From assembly GCA_950097015.1 (NCBI GenBank), contig CATNEN010000033.1:2914001-2978000 (forward strand): a stretch of DNA of 64,000 nucleotides, in the 5' to 3' direction. The stretch comes from Macrostomum hystrix (lineage: Eukaryota; Animalia; Platyhelminthes). Every line of letters starts with the position of its first letter. The stretch's first letter is position 1. Below the pieces are notes generated by a model. It was not told the DNA's origin and searched no databases. It saw only the letters and a program-made list of their open reading frames with translations. Made by a program: the position numbers and the translations under genes. Positions 23,956-37,320 of this stretch are shown here, in pieces.

Positions 23956-25047
23956 GCTAGAATCGCAACAAGAACATTTTCTGGAATCGCAGCAGGAGCC
24001 ATAGCTTGAATCGCAGCAGGAGTCATAGCTGGAATCGCAGCAGGAGTCATAGCTGGAATCGCAGCAGGAGTCATAGCTGGAATCGCAGCAGGAGTCATAA
24101 CTGGAATCGCAGCAGGAGTCATAGCTGGAATCGCAGCAGGAGTCATAGCTGGAATCGCAGCAGGAGTCATAGCTGGAATCGCAGCAGGAGTCATAGCTGG
24201 AATCGCAGCAGGAGTCATAGCTGGAATCGTAGCAGGAGTCATAGCTGGAATCGCAGCAGGAGTCATAGCTGGAATCGCAGCAGGAGTCATAGCTGGAATC
24301 GCAGCAGGAGTCATAGCTGGAATCGCAGCAGGAGTCATAGCTGGAATCGCAGCTATAAATCTTCGATATAACATGGATTGTATAATGAACGAAACAGAGG
24401 CCATGTGAACGCTGAACTTTTTCTTTTTTCCGATTCCTGATCTTAGTGAACCGAAATTCCACCAAATGAATATTTGATGGACCAAAGCTGACCGCTCGGT
24501 TTCAAAAGTTCATCTCGCTTTGTCACCAGCAAAGATTTTAACTTGCACCAATGGAAGCGTGAAGCCATAACTGCCTGACAACAGCCAGACAGACTGCGAT
24601 TTGTTCTGGTTTACATCGACCGATTTACTGCTCCTGTGGGAAATTATCCCCCCAACGACTCAAACATTGGATTTAGGTTATCTTGGAGACAGCGTGACAT
24701 TACTGACCTCCCAGGATCTATGCTGCTCGGCCTCAACAGCAACCATAGCAAAATCACGTGACAAATTGTAGCAGTAGACGTAGCTAGAATCGCAGCAGGA
24801 GCCGCAGCTAGAATCGCAGCAGGAGCCGCAGCTAGAATCGCAGCAGGAGCCGCAGCTAGAATCGCAGCAGGAGCCGCAGCTAGAATCGCAGCAGAGCCGC
24901 AGCTAGAATCGCAGCAGGAGCCACAGCTAGAATCGCAGCAGAGCCGCAGCTAGAATCGCAGCAGGAGCCACAGCTAGAATCGCAGCAGAGCCGCAGCTAG
25001 AATCGCAGCAGGAGCCACAGCTAGAATCGCAGCAGCAGCCGCAGCTA
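23956..25047. repeat. 24-bp minisatellite arrays (gctggaatcgcagcaggagtcata 23956-24355; gctagaatcgcagcaggagccgca 24780-25047)
   Basis: Degenerate units also occur at 23520-23587, before the SINE. Confidence 0.95.
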
Positions 25048-25779
25048 TAAATGCAATCGGAATCCACCGGATGCATTTCTCGGCTTAATTACGAGTACTC
25101 GCAGAATCTCAGATGCAGTAGACAACGGGCATCGAACTCCAGACCTTCGCATTGCTCAGAAGACCTCTTCAGCTTACATCTCCCTTTAGCAACTAGGCGG
25201 GTCGTCTGTCCCTGACTTAATTAGGTCTAAACCCTTACTCAAGCCGCAAAGACAAAGTGGAGATTGATGCAGAACACAGGAAAAATGAAGTAGTAAGGAC
25301 TGAGGATGCTGTAGCGAAGCTTGGGTGCAGTGGGTGACCGCCCGGAGCCTATTTTTAGGATCTGTGTTTTTTGTCCGAACGTCTGAGTAGGAATACTTCT
25401 TCCCAGCTGCTTATTCCCCCTACACACATAACTCCTGTGTGTGCTCATGTTGTGCTCACGAGCTACTGGCATCTGCAAAAACTGTCCCGCAGTTCAAACA
25501 GACCCTTCAACTTTCGTTCTTTCTTTCTGCCTCAAATCCCGAAGGCCAGAAGTCCCTGGAAGGAATCTAAGCATTCCTGATTCGTCTGAGCACTGCTTGA
25601 ATAAAGTCGCCACAAAGTGCCACAGTTACAACGGACACTTAACATTGGGTTTTATTCCTACTTTTGTTTACCTTGGAAACCGTCGTTGCCGCGAAAGTCG
25701 GCAACTGATTTTCGGACCTAAGTATAACAAACATTTTATTGAAGTCTTGCTCGACTTTTACATAACTCTCCCACTGTCT

Positions 25780-26730
25780 CCCTCTCTCTCTCTCCAATGT
25801 CTCTCTCTCTCTCCAATGTCTCTCTCTCTCTCTCCAATGTCTCTCTCTCTCTCCAATGTCTCCCTCTCACTCCAATGTGTCCCTCTCTCTCTACAATGTC
25901 TCCCTCTCTCTCGACAATGTCTCCCTCTCTCTCTACAATGTCTCCCTCTCTCTACAATGTCTCTCTCTCTCTCGACAATGTCTCCCTCTCTCTCTACAAT
26001 GTCTCCCTCTCACTCCAATGTGTCCCTCTCTCTCTACAATGTCTCCCTCTCTCTCGACAATGTCTCCCTCTCTCTCTACAATGTCTCCCTCTCTCTACAA
26101 TGTCTCTCTCTCTCTCGACAATGTCTCCCTCTCTCTCTACAATGTCTCCCTCTCTCTACAATGTCTCCCTCTCTCTCTCCAATGTCTCCCTCTCACTCCA
26201 ATGTCTCCCTCTCTCACTCCATGGCTCCCTCTCTCTCTCCAATGTCTCCCTCTCTCTCTCCAATGTCTCCCTCTCTCTCGACAATGTCTCCCTCTCTCTC
26301 TACAATGTCTCCCTCTCTCTACAATGTCTCCCTCTGTCTCCAATGTCTCCCTCTCTCTCTAAAATGTCTCCCTCTCTCTCCAATGTCTCCCTCTCTCTAC
26401 AATGTCTCCCTCTCTCTCTACAATGTCTCCCTCTCTCTCTACAATGTCTCCCTCTCTCTACAATGTCTCCCTCTCTCTCTACAATGTCTCCCTCTCTCTC
26501 TACAATGTCTCCCTCTCTCTCTACAATGTATCCCTCTCTCTCCAATGTCTCCCTCTCTCTACAATGTCTCCCTCTGTCTCCAATGTCTCCATCTCTCTAC
26601 AATGTCTCCCTCTCTCTCCAATGTCTCCATCTCTCTAAAATGTCTCTCTCTCTACAATGTCTCCCTCTCTCTCTACAATGTCTCCCTCTCTCTCTACAAT
26701 GTCTCCCTCTCTCTCTCCAATGTCTCTCGC
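25780..26730. repeat. About 20-22-bp minisatellite (acaatgtctccctctctct)
   Basis: Directly visible. Confidence 0.95.
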
Positions 26731-26954
26731 TGTCTTTTCCTTTCTCGCATTCTCTGTCAGCACTGCTGCCTGTCAGGCCGCCGTCTGCTCTCTGGGGAAT
26801 TCTGATCAGCCTGCAGCGAGCGGCATGCAAAGATCTCGAGTCTGGGTGTCCAGGCTCACCTTTTGCTTCTAAAAGACAGCCCAGCCTTTCGAGCTCAATT
26901 CAGTACAATTAAAATAATCGCTTTCGTATTCTGACTGAGTTTCGCTGCTCTTGC

Positions 26955-27116
26955 ATGTCAGTCACAGAGCCTGATCCCAACTCCAGCAGATCCCACCAAG
27001 TCGCCCAGCCAATGTACGCCTCCTCCGGTGCCGGCGGCGAGAGGGCCGGCGCCTCGCCGTTTAGAAAGCGGAGAAAAAACATCAACATCAACGACATCCC
27101 GCCCGATGTCCTTGCG
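26955..27116 (+). CDS. Candidate first coding exon A (54 aa, phase-0 donor)
   Basis: [11 protein letters not shown]...[18 protein letters not shown]|gtgaga, followed at once by a minisatellite. May splice to the DPP exon at 42027. An F-box start is an alternative reading. Confidence 0.45.
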
Positions 27117-27124
27117 GTGAGAGG

Positions 27125-27725
27125 GGACTGGGGAACTGGGAACTGGGAACTGGGAACTGGGGAATTGAAGAACTGGGAACTAGGAACTGGGGAACTGGGA
27201 ACTGGGAACTGGAAACTGGGAACTGGGAACTGGGGAACTGGGATCTATAGAACTGGGATCTGGGGAACTGGGATCTGGGGAACTGGGATCTGGGGAAATG
27301 GGATCTGGGGAATTGGGATCTGGGGAACTGGGATCTGGGGAACTGGGATCTGGGTCAACTGGGGAACTGGAGAACTGGGATCTGGGGAACTGGGGAACTG
27401 GGATCTGGGGAACTGGGATCTGGGGAACTGGGATCTGGGGAACTGGGATCTGGGGAACTGGGATCTGGGGAACTGGGATCTGGGTCAACTGGGGAACTGG
27501 GGAACTGGGATCTGGGGAACTGGGGAACTGGATCTGGGGAACTGGGATCTGGGGAACTGGGATCTGGGGAACTGGGATCTTGGAACTGGGAACTGGGGAA
27601 CTGGAACCTGGGAACTCGGAACTTGGAACTCGGAACTTGGAACTGGAACTGACGTAGCACTCAAAACTGGGAACTTTGAACTGGGATCTGGGGAACCGGG
27701 GATCTAGGGGTCTGGGGAACTGGGT
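27125..27725. repeat. About 16-bp minisatellite (ggggaactgggatctg)
   Basis: Directly visible. Confidence 0.95.
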
Positions 27726-28050
27726 ATTAAGACACCGAGTTCATTTAAATTCTCGCACAATGCCTACTTTGAGTAGTTCAGTAGGCACGTTACTCTCTCA
27801 CTCATCCATTAGGAATCTTGAGTAGCAGTCGCATTCAAGAATGAGGTTTAGCTAGGAAAATCAATGGCTGACATTCGCGTCTGACATCAGCCCCACCGGA
27901 GCTATCGGGTTACTGTGCCAAGGTCTCGACTGTTGAGTTAAACTCACAGATTCAAGCTAGGGCTGAGGCTGCTGAGCTGGACAAAGGAGAGTCTAATCAA
28001 TTTCAGACAAAATTAAACGATTCGCTTAACACTGGATAGTCTCTAACTCA

Positions 28051-28310
28051 ATTTGACTCACCCTGACTCACTCTGACTCACTCTGACTCACCCTGACTCA
28101 CTCTGACTCACTCTGACTCACCCTGACTCACTCTGACTCACTCTGACTCACTCTGACTCACTCTGACTCACTCTGACTCACCCTGACTCACTCTGACTCA
28201 CTCTGACTCACTCTGACTCACTCTGACTCACTCTGACTCACTCTGACTCACCCTGACTCACTCTGACTCACTCTGACTCACTCTGACTCACTCTGACTCA
28301 CTCTGACTCA
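28051..28310. repeat. 10-bp repeat (ctctgactca) x26, each containing TGACTCA
   Basis: Directly visible. Confidence 0.97.
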
Positions 28311-29160
28311 CCATAAACCTCGGAGAATCCCTTATATCTAACCAAAAATAACTTTCGGGCACCGCAATCCAGCTTGTCAAATGCAGGATGCAGAGGACGA
28401 ATTTGATTTTAAGACTAAATTTGCTAATCGTAACTGGAGGGCATTCAACAATCCATCTCATCAATTTCAGCTGCCACTGTCACACAGCAATGGGTAGGGG
28501 CCACAATTTCCTGCATCCCTGTCTGCTTCAGTACTTTTGAAAGCTTTCGAAGATGGCTCCTTTAAGCCGAGCTCGCTTTTTAATAACCAGCCGCCCGTGC
28601 CTTCCTCACAATCCCGAGTGCTCATTCTGACAATGGGAGCCAGTTGCTCTCGGCTCACAGTGGGGATCACACAGCTTGCTGGCAGAAAGAAGCATTTAAA
28701 AAATTGGGATTTGAATGAGAAGAATAGAATCCTAGCCGATCTCCCAGTTCTATTCCGGCCTGAAGACAAAAGAGGGAATTTACTGGAGGCCCGTGAGAGG
28801 CGGGCTGCCCAGCCAATGGAGAGCGACAGCCAGGTGAGATCTGTACAGATCTGCTCAATGAAAACTGCGTCGGCTCTTGTGGAGGAGAGGCTGAGGGAGG
28901 GATATAGCGGGATCAGCAATAAAAAATTCTCCCACAGTCCTGACAGAGCGTGGCAGTTGAAAGCATTGCAGCAGAGGGCAGACAGAGTGAGAGAAGCGCT
29001 GCCTGCTAGGCGCCAGTGCTGTCTGTGCGAGCTGGTGGACCTTCGCCTGAGCTTGTCGGAACTGCTGTGAGGTGTTCAGCAGTCGAAACCAGTTCAGCAT
29101 CTGCGGCTCCGGCTGCGACAGCCGAGGCGACGACGGCGGCATCTGCTGGCTGAGCCGCTG

Positions 29161-29469
29161 ATGGCAGAGAGGCCGCCAGACCCGCTCTTTGAAGACTACG
29201 CGAACGACGAGGATCGGCGGGTGGCGAAGCGGCGCAGCACGCAGCTTCAGCGCCAGCTTCGCCGCAGCGTGGCCGCCGCCCTCAGCGAGGAGGCTCTGCA
29301 GGCCGGCAGCCGCGAGATGGTCGGCAAAGTCGCTGGAGGAAGCGGCGGCGGAGGCAGCAGCGAAAGCAGCCGCGGCAGCGGCAGCGGCAGCATGCGAGAA
29401 GCGGCACAGAGGCGACACCTGGCACTGAGGAAGCAGGTGCATGAGCACCAACTGCAGCTGCTGCAGCTG
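29161..29469 (+). CDS. Candidate first coding exon B (103 aa, phase-0 donor)
   Basis: GC-rich MAERPPDPLFEDYANDEDRR...HEHQLQLLQL|gtgaga, followed at once by a 30-bp array. Confidence 0.5.
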
Positions 29470-29479
29470 GTGAGAATAG

Positions 29480-30360
29480 AGACGGATAATGCTGGATAAA
29501 GCATGATAGATATGGATAATGCTGGATAAAGCATGATAGATAAGGATAATGCTGGATAAAGCATGATAGATATTAATAATGCTGGATAAAGCATGATAGA
29601 TATCGATAATGCTGGATAAAGCATGATAGATATGGATAATGCTGGATAAAGCATGATAGATATGGATAATGCTGGATAAAGCATGATAGATAAGGATAAT
29701 GCTGGATAAAGCATGATAGATAAGGATAATGCTGGATAAAGCATGATAGATAAGGATAATGCTGGATAAAGCATGATAGATATCGATAATGCTGGATAAA
29801 GCATGATAGATAAGGATAATGCTGGATAAAGCATGATAGATAAGGATAATGCTGGATAAAGCATGATAGATATGGATAATGCTGGATAAAGCATGATAGA
29901 TAAGGATAATGCTGGATAAAGCATGATAGATATCGATAATGCTGGATAAAGCATGATAGATAAGGATAATGCTGGATAAAGCATGATAGATAAGGATAAT
30001 GCTGGATAAAGCATGATAGATATGGATAATGCTGGATAAAGCATGATAGATAAGGATAATGCTGGATAAAGCATGATAGATATCGATAATGCTGGATAAA
30101 GCATGATAGATAAGGATAATGCTGGATAAAGCATGATAGATATGGATAATGCTGGATAAAGCATGATAGATAAGGATAATGCTGGATAAAGCATGATAGA
30201 TATCGATAATGCTGGATAAAGCATGATAGATATGGATAATGCTGGATAAAGCATGATAGATATGGATAATGCTGGATAAAGCATGATAGATAAGGATAAT
30301 GCTGGATAAAGCATGATAGATATGGATAATGCTGGATAAAGCATGATAGATATGGATAAT
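29480..30360. repeat. 30-bp minisatellite (gataatgctggataaagcatgatagatatg), about 29 copies
   Basis: Exact 30-nt period visible in the row alignment. Confidence 0.97.
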
Positions 30361-30639
30361 TTATGAAAAAAACTCGTACGGACATCTAAAATGCCTGGGA
30401 AGGCAGCTGTTTTCCCGAGGCCTGTTGGAGGTGTCAAATCCGGGCTGAAAGGAAATTTTATTTGCTTCTCCAAAGGACAGGAAATTATTCGCAATGCCTG
30501 CAGAGCAGAGGAAGCTGCTGATTAAGTAATTAAGGAAAATTTGTTACTAGGGCGGCAACAGATGATTGCACTGCCACTGCAGTTTAATTTTAGAACCGAT
30601 TTTTACTCTGTTTAAGAATCACGGCATCTTCTGTATTTT

Positions 30640-31295
30640 TTGGAGGGTCAAGTGACTCCCCCAAATCACATTCAGTCCCTGAGTCGGAAAGGGGTCAAGT
30701 GACCCCCAAATTGCTTTCAGTCCCTGAGTCGGAGAGAGGTCAAGTGACCCCCCAAATAGCTCTCAGTCCCTGAGTCGGAGAGAGGTCAAGTGACCCCCCA
30801 AATTGCTCTCAGTCCCTGAGTCGGAGAGAGGTCAAGTGACCCCCCAAATTGCTCTCAGTCCCTGAGTCGGAGAGAGGTCAAGCGACCCCCTAAATTGCTT
30901 TCAGTCCCGGAGTCGGAGAGAGGTCAATTGACCCCCCAAATTGCTCTCAGTCCCTGAGTCGGAGAGAGGTCAAGCGACCCCCCAAATTGCTCTCAGTCCC
31001 TGAGTCGGAGAGAGGTCAATTGACCCCCCAAATTGCTCTCAGTCCCTGAGTCGGAGAGAGGTCAATTGACCCCCCAAATTGCTCTCAGTCCCGGAGTCGG
31101 AGAGAGGTCAAGTGACCCCCCAAATTGCTCTCAGTCCCTGAGTCGGAGAGAGGTCAAGCGACCCCCTAAATTGCTCTCAGTCCCTGAATCGGAGAAAGGT
31201 CAATTGACCCCCTAAATTGCTTTCAGTCCCGGAGTCGGAGAGAGGTCAAGTGACCCCCCAAATTGCTCTCAGTCCCTGAGTCGGAGAGGGGTCAG
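30640..31295. repeat. 46-bp minisatellite containing AGGTCA-nn-TGACCC
   Basis: About 14 copies of cagtccctgagtcggagagaggtcaagtgaccccccaaattgctct. Confidence 0.95.
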
Positions 31296-32052
31296 ATATT
31301 CAGGTGGCTACCTGAACCCCCAATTAAATTTCCCATGTTTCCCGAACCTGCCTTCTTCTATTTGTCTTGGGTTTCGTTGAGTACTGTGGACTCACAGTAT
31401 GGAACAGGTAAAATTTATTGCTGGGGATGTACAAAAGGATATTTATCCCAAAAGATGCACCAGATTAAAGCCAGATGATTATATTTTTATTTTCCCACTA
31501 GCTAGTGTTCGCACCGGCGCCTTCACCTGGGGCCAAATCTGCTCCAGCCACTTCAGTCTTATCCGCTTGTCTGTTAATTAGGCGAAATAATTCGCCAAAT
31601 AAATCTGAGAAACTTCATCTCGGAGTCTCTGCTCTGGTTGTGAGTAACTCTTGTTTCTCTATGTCTCTATCATCATCCATCTCGCGCAACTTTCCACTTC
31701 CACAAGCAATCACGGATCGCATTGATCCTACAAGGGATTTCTATTAGAACGTTTTGAATTCGCTTTCTTCGCTTCAGGGCCAAAGGGATTAACAATAAAA
31801 TTCCTCCGGCCCTGAAATCCAGCTGCCCCAGCTGAGCCAATTCAATTTTTCCCTTCTATCGTCGGTCTGAATTTTTTTCGGAGACGCCTTCAATATGCTA
31901 CTCATAGTAAGCCGCTAGAGAATGTTTTCGCAATCAGTTTGGAATAGTTATAAGCGCTGGCCTGTGATTGGTGGAGCCGCCAGTTGGACTCAAAATGTGA
32001 GCATAGGATAATAGCTGACAGAGCTGAGGGCTGCGGATCGGCAGCTGTGGGC

Positions 32053-32238
32053 ATGTTCGCAACGCGGGCAACTTTGGTGAGCGGCCAGCAGCTGCACCAC
32101 CACCAGCACCACTCGGAGGGCCGCCAGAAACTCGGCAGCTCGTCTGGCGGAGGCGGCGGTGGCGGCGTCGGACGCTTCGGCGGGGCTCGAGGCAATCGTA
32201 AAACTGAGAATGTGGACACAATGTTCGACAACCTGGAG
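32053..32238 (+). CDS. Candidate first coding exon C (62 aa, phase-0 donor)
   Basis: MFATRATLVSGQQLHHHQHH...GNRKTENVDTMFDNLE|gtgagc. Would give E-ELVGS when joined to the exon at 42027. Confidence 0.55.
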
Positions 32239-32259
32239 GTGAGCTGCTTAGGGCTGGAG

Positions 32260-32530
32260 AGGTAGATAGGGGAGAGATAGAGAGGGGAGAGGTAGATAGG
32301 GGAGAGGTAGATAGGGGAGAGGTAGAGAGGTGAGAGGTAGATAAGGGAGAGGTAGAGAGGGGAGAGGTAGAAGGGTGAGAGGTAGATAGGTGAGAGGTAG
32401 AGAGTTGAGAGGTAGAGAGTTGAGAGGTAGAGAGGCGAGAGGTAGAGAGGGGAGAGGTAGAGAGGGGAGAGGTAGATAGTTGAGAGGTAGAGAGGGAAGA
32501 GGTAGAGAGGGAAGAGGTAGAAGGGAGAGA
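32260..32530. repeat. 15-bp purine-rich minisatellite (gagaggtagagaggg)
   Basis: Directly visible. Confidence 0.9.
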
Positions 32531-33079
32531 GGGAAGTAGAGAAGCAGTGGGAGCCGAAAGAGATTCAGACGGGGTAGCTACTGGAGTGAGTAAATTTTGA
32601 GTCGGTATCCATGAGAACAGTCAGACAGTGAGTTGGATGGGATTTTAGTCAGCCTGCGGATCTGGGGAGGTCTCAGAAGCTCTCACTGCTCACCACTCTG
32701 GCAGAATTTTCGAGTTGGAGTCTTCAAAGTTCAAATGCCTCCCCAGGGTATATTCTCTCCTGGGGGAGAGATCAGCAGGGCTAGGTGGTGGTAGCTGGAA
32801 GAGCTCTGCCCGGAATGAGCTGATTAAGAATTGATGCAAGCTGACGGGGACAAAAATTTGCAGGCGGAAAACGAACTTAGCACCGTGGCTCCCGTTCGCA
32901 GTGTTTGAACTGGCCGTGGAAAATTTTCTGCTCGGTTGAGGCGAGTTTGTTTCTAAAGGGACCGCCCAGCCGCTTTTTAGTCAGAAATGGCAAGATGGCT
33001 TCGCCCGGCCGCCCCAGTTCTATGACTTCCACTTGTCCATTTTTTACTGTGGTCCTTGCTTTTATAAGGCTTTTGGCAA

Positions 33080-34685
33080 AAGCAGACAGGCAATTCTGAG
33101 AGCTGAAGCATTGCATTAGGAACTGGCAAAAGCAGACAGGCTATTCTGAGAGCTGAAACATGGCATTAGGAACTGGCAAAAGCAGAGAGGCAATTCTGAG
33201 AGCTAAAACATTGCATTAGGAACTGGCAAAAGCAGACAGGCTATTCTGAGAGCTGAAACATGGCATTAGGAACTGGCAAAAGCAGACAGGCTATTCTGAG
33301 AGCTGAAACATGGCATTAGGAACTGGCAAAAGCAGACAGGCAATTCTGAGAGCTAAAACATTGCATTAGGAACTGGCAAAAGCAGACAGGCTATTCTGAG
33401 AGCTGAAACATGGCATTAGGAACTGACAAAAGCAGACAGACAATTCTGAGAGCTGAAACATGGCATTAGGAACTGGCAAAAGCAGACAGGCAATTCTGAG
33501 AGCTGAAACATGGCATTAGGAACGGGCAAAAGCAGACAGGCAATTCTGAGAGCTGAAACATGGCATTAGGAACTGGCAAAAGCAGACATGCAATTCTGAG
33601 AGCTGAAACATGGCATTAGGAACTGGCAAAAGCAGACAGGCAATTCTGAGAGCTGAAACATGGCATTAGGAACTGGCAAAAGCAGACAGGCAATTCTGAG
33701 AGCTGAAACATGGCATTAGGAACTGGCAAAAGCAGACATGCAATTCTGAGAGCTGAAACATGGCATTAGGAACTGGCAAAAGCAGACATGCAATTCTGAG
33801 AGCTGAAACATGGCATTAGGAACTGGCAAAAGCAGACAGACAATTCTGAGAGCTGAAACATGGCATTAGGAACTGGCAAAAGCAGACAGACAATTCTGAG
33901 AGCTGAAACATGGCATTAGGAACTGGCAAAAGCAGACATGCAATTCTGAGAGCTGAAACATGGCATTAGGAACTGGCAAAAGCAGACATGCAATTCTGAG
34001 AGCTGAAACATGGCATTAGGAACTGGCAAAAGCAGACAGGCAATTCTGAGAGCTGAAACATGGCATTAGGAACTGGCAAAAGCAGACATGCAATTCTGAG
34101 AGCTGAAGCATTGCATTAGGAACTGGCAAAAGCAGACAGACAATTCTGAGAGCTGAAGCATTGCATTAGGAACTGGCAAAAGCAGACAGACAATTCTGAG
34201 AGCTCAAACATGGCATTAGGAACTGGCAAAAGCAGACATGCAATTCTGAGAGCTGAAACATTGCATTAGGAACTGGCAAAAGCAGACATGCAATTCTGAG
34301 AGCTGAAGCATTGCATTAGGAACTGGCAAAAGCAGACAGACAATTCTGAGAGCTGAAGCATTGCATTAGGAACTGGCAAAAGCAGACAGACAATTCTGAG
34401 AGCTGAAACATGGCATTAGGAACTGGCAAAAGCAGACAGGCAATTCTGAGAGCTGAAATATTGCATTAGGAACTGGCAAAAGCAGACAGACAATTCTGAG
34501 AGCTGAAATATTGCATTAGGAACTGGCAAAAGCAGACAGACAATTCTGAGAGCTGAAACATTGCATTAGGAACTGGCAAAAGCAGACAGGCAATTCTGAG
34601 AGCTGAAACATTGCATTAGGAACTGGCAAAAGCAGACAGACAATTCTGAGAGCTGAAACATGGCATTAGGAACTGGCAAAAGCAG
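33080..34685. repeat. 50-bp minisatellite, about 32 copies
   Basis: caattctgagagctgaaacatggcattaggaactggcaaaagcagacagg. Confidence 0.97.
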
Positions 34686-35309
34686 AGTGGCTCTTGTAAC
34701 TCTGGTGAGATATTTGCTATGCTGTATTGCAAAGGTTTTTTTAAAGCAAATAGTTCAAATGATCTTTCAGTCGTTTGGAAGGAATATTCTTCAAGCGGTT
34801 ACAGTTTTATGGCCTGTCTGTGGCTGAGCTGTCTCACCATGTGCTCACTAGAACTGTTTTGTCCTGTCTCTTCACTGAAACCAAATGAAAATGAAACGGC
34901 TTAGTCGGCCAGTTGGAATCGCCCCAGCAACAGCTGCCAATCCCAAAGTTAAGTTGGTAAGACTAGCCGCTTGCTGAGCAGCCCGGGACAATGTCCGATC
35001 TCCGATCTTCGCCCTTCTCCGACCTTAAAGAAGCAGCCTAGCCTACTTCTCCCGAGCTCGGGCTGAAAGCAAGCACGGCCTAGGTCCAGTCCAGTTGTAT
35101 AGGATCTGGCATTTGGCCAGCCAGCTGTTTGATGTTCCATTATTTAGTACTTTCTTTCAGGCAGTGAAAGCCGTACGAGTTAGCGCCAGTACCTCAGCAA
35201 GTTCTCTTCAAATAGAATTGCTTTTCTGCTACTAGCGACCCTCCAAGGGGTCAAGAAGAACTAGAGACTTCTTCTGGGTCCAAAGTGCAGGCTTGGGACG
35301 ACTTAGACT

Positions 35310-35462
35310 GGCTCGATCTAGCAGTCTGATCTAGCAGTCTGATCTAGCAGTCTGATCTAGCAGTCTAATCTAGCTGCTCGATCTAGCAGTCTGATCTAGC
35401 AGTCTAATCTAGCAGTCTGATCTAGCAGTCTGATCTAGCAGTCTGATCTAGCAGTCTGATCA
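35310..35462. repeat. 13-bp repeat (gatctagcagtct)
   Basis: Directly visible. Confidence 0.9.
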
Positions 35463-36436
35463 AGCGTGACTCGCACTGGCAGCCCGCAGCCCGCAGGCCG
35501 TGGGCAGTGCAAGTCAGTCCCCTCGAGAAGCGGCTAAAAGTACATATAAGATGGAGGAGTGACTGGTCGAGCTGGGTGCCGAAGATTGATGTCATCTCGG
35601 AGTCCGAGAAGTTTCGCTAAACTTCAAGGCCATAGACAATTCTCTGCACTTCTGCAACCGGCAGCAAATGGTTGAAGGTTTGGGGGTCGGTGGAAAGGCT
35701 TAATCACTGCGGCTCAGCGGGATGAACAGTTCAAGACGCTGATAAGCCAACTCTGTTCGGGCCCACGAAATGGAGAAACGGAGAAATGGAGAAAAGGGGA
35801 AAGGCAGGCCCGGCTGTTTCCCAGAAATGAGCACTGACCTCCGCTGGGATTCCCGATAGGATTGGAAAATAGAGGAGGCCTTCTCACCGCGGCTCTGAGT
35901 CCGCAATGTGGCAGGCCGCAGTAAATCAGAGTATCCTCACTCTGCAGGCACACAAGAAATTTCCTCCATTTTAACGGACCAGATTTTTGCGTGTCTTCGC
36001 AGTAGAAAGACTGTCCAAATTATCTTTTTTCTGTATCTCCCAAAATAAATATCTCCCAATAAAATAAAATACTGATTCGTTCGGTATGGAAGCTGTCGTG
36101 AAGTAGGCAGTGGGTATTTGAAATACCCCGTGGTCTATCTTATGTTAAATAACTGCCATTAATCTTGGTTCCATAGCTCAAATATATTGGTATGGCGAAT
36201 TTGCTTACTATTAGTAGCATCTATGAAAAATGTTTCTTGGTAAATGCGGGTAAAGGCTAGATGAATTCGGGAATGACCCATCCGTCTCTTTCAAGTGGCC
36301 TGATTCTGACCCGGATGCTCGGTGAGCTGATTGAGTGTCTTCAGAATCGCACTGCTGCCATTCTTGATTAATCAACTAGAGGATCTATAGCAGTACCGAA
36401 ATAAAGTAGCTTAAGTTCATCCACTCGGAAATCTCA

Positions 36437-37320
36437 ACTGACTCACTCACTCACTCACTCACTCACTCACTCACTCACTCACTCACTCACTCACTCACTC
36501 ACTCACTCACTCACTCACTCACTCACTCACTCACTCACTCACTCACTCACTCACTCACTCACTCACTCACTCACTCACTCACTCACTCACTCACTCACTC
36601 ACTCACTCACTCACTCACTCACTCACTCACTCACTCACTCACTCACTCACTCACTCACTCACTCACTCACTCACTCACTCACTCACTCACTCACTCACTC
36701 ACTCACTCACTCACTCACTCACTCACTCACTCACTCACTCACTCATGAACTCACTCACTCACTCACTCACTCACTCACTCACTCACTCACTCATGAACTC
36801 ACTCACTCACTCACTCACTCACTCACTCACTCACTCACTCACTCACTCACTCACTCACTCACTCACTCACTCACTCACTCACTCACTCACTCACTCACTC
36901 ACTCACTCACTCACTCACTCACTCACTCACTCACTCATGAACTCACTCACTCACTCACTCACTCACTCACTCACTCACTCACTCACTCATGAACTCACTC
37001 ACTCACTCACTCACTCACTCACTCACTCACTCACTCATGAACTCACTCACTCACTCACTCACTCACTCACTCACTCACTCACTCACTCACTCACTCACTC
37101 ACTCACTCACTCACTCACTCACTCACTCACTCACTCACTCACTCACTCACTAACTCACTCACTCACTCACTCACTCACTCACTCACTCACTCACTCACTC
37201 ACTCACTCACTCACTCACTCACTTACTCATGAACTCATGAACTCATGAACTCATGAACTCATGAACTCACTCATAAACGCAGTCATGAACCCATAAACTC
37301 ACTCATAAACTCACTCATAA
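36437..37320. repeat. (actc)n microsatellite with atga interruptions
   Basis: Directly visible. Confidence 0.97.

Noticed and set aside
26955-27116. F-box protein call from [11 protein letters not shown]
   Set aside because: No continuing F-box or LRR/WD40 exon in compatible phase was found. Kept only as an alternative reading.
28537-29469. Two ORFs in the same frame separated by one TGA (29068-29070), suggesting readthrough or selenocysteine
   Set aside because: The upstream peptide has no recognisable features, no SECIS was identified, and an overlapping antisense ORF suggests a chance GC-rich open frame in 5' UTR or promoter DNA.
29161-29469. Resemblance, from memory, of PLFEDYANDEDRR..RRS and QVHEH to the N-terminus of condensin subunit CAP-H/Barren
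   Set aside because: Short and unverified, and no downstream exon with the expected conserved kleisin motifs was found. Gene symbol withheld.
29480-34685. CRISPR-like regular 30-, 46- and 50-bp repeats
   Set aside because: Units are head-to-tail with no unique spacers and no cas genes, in a eukaryotic context.
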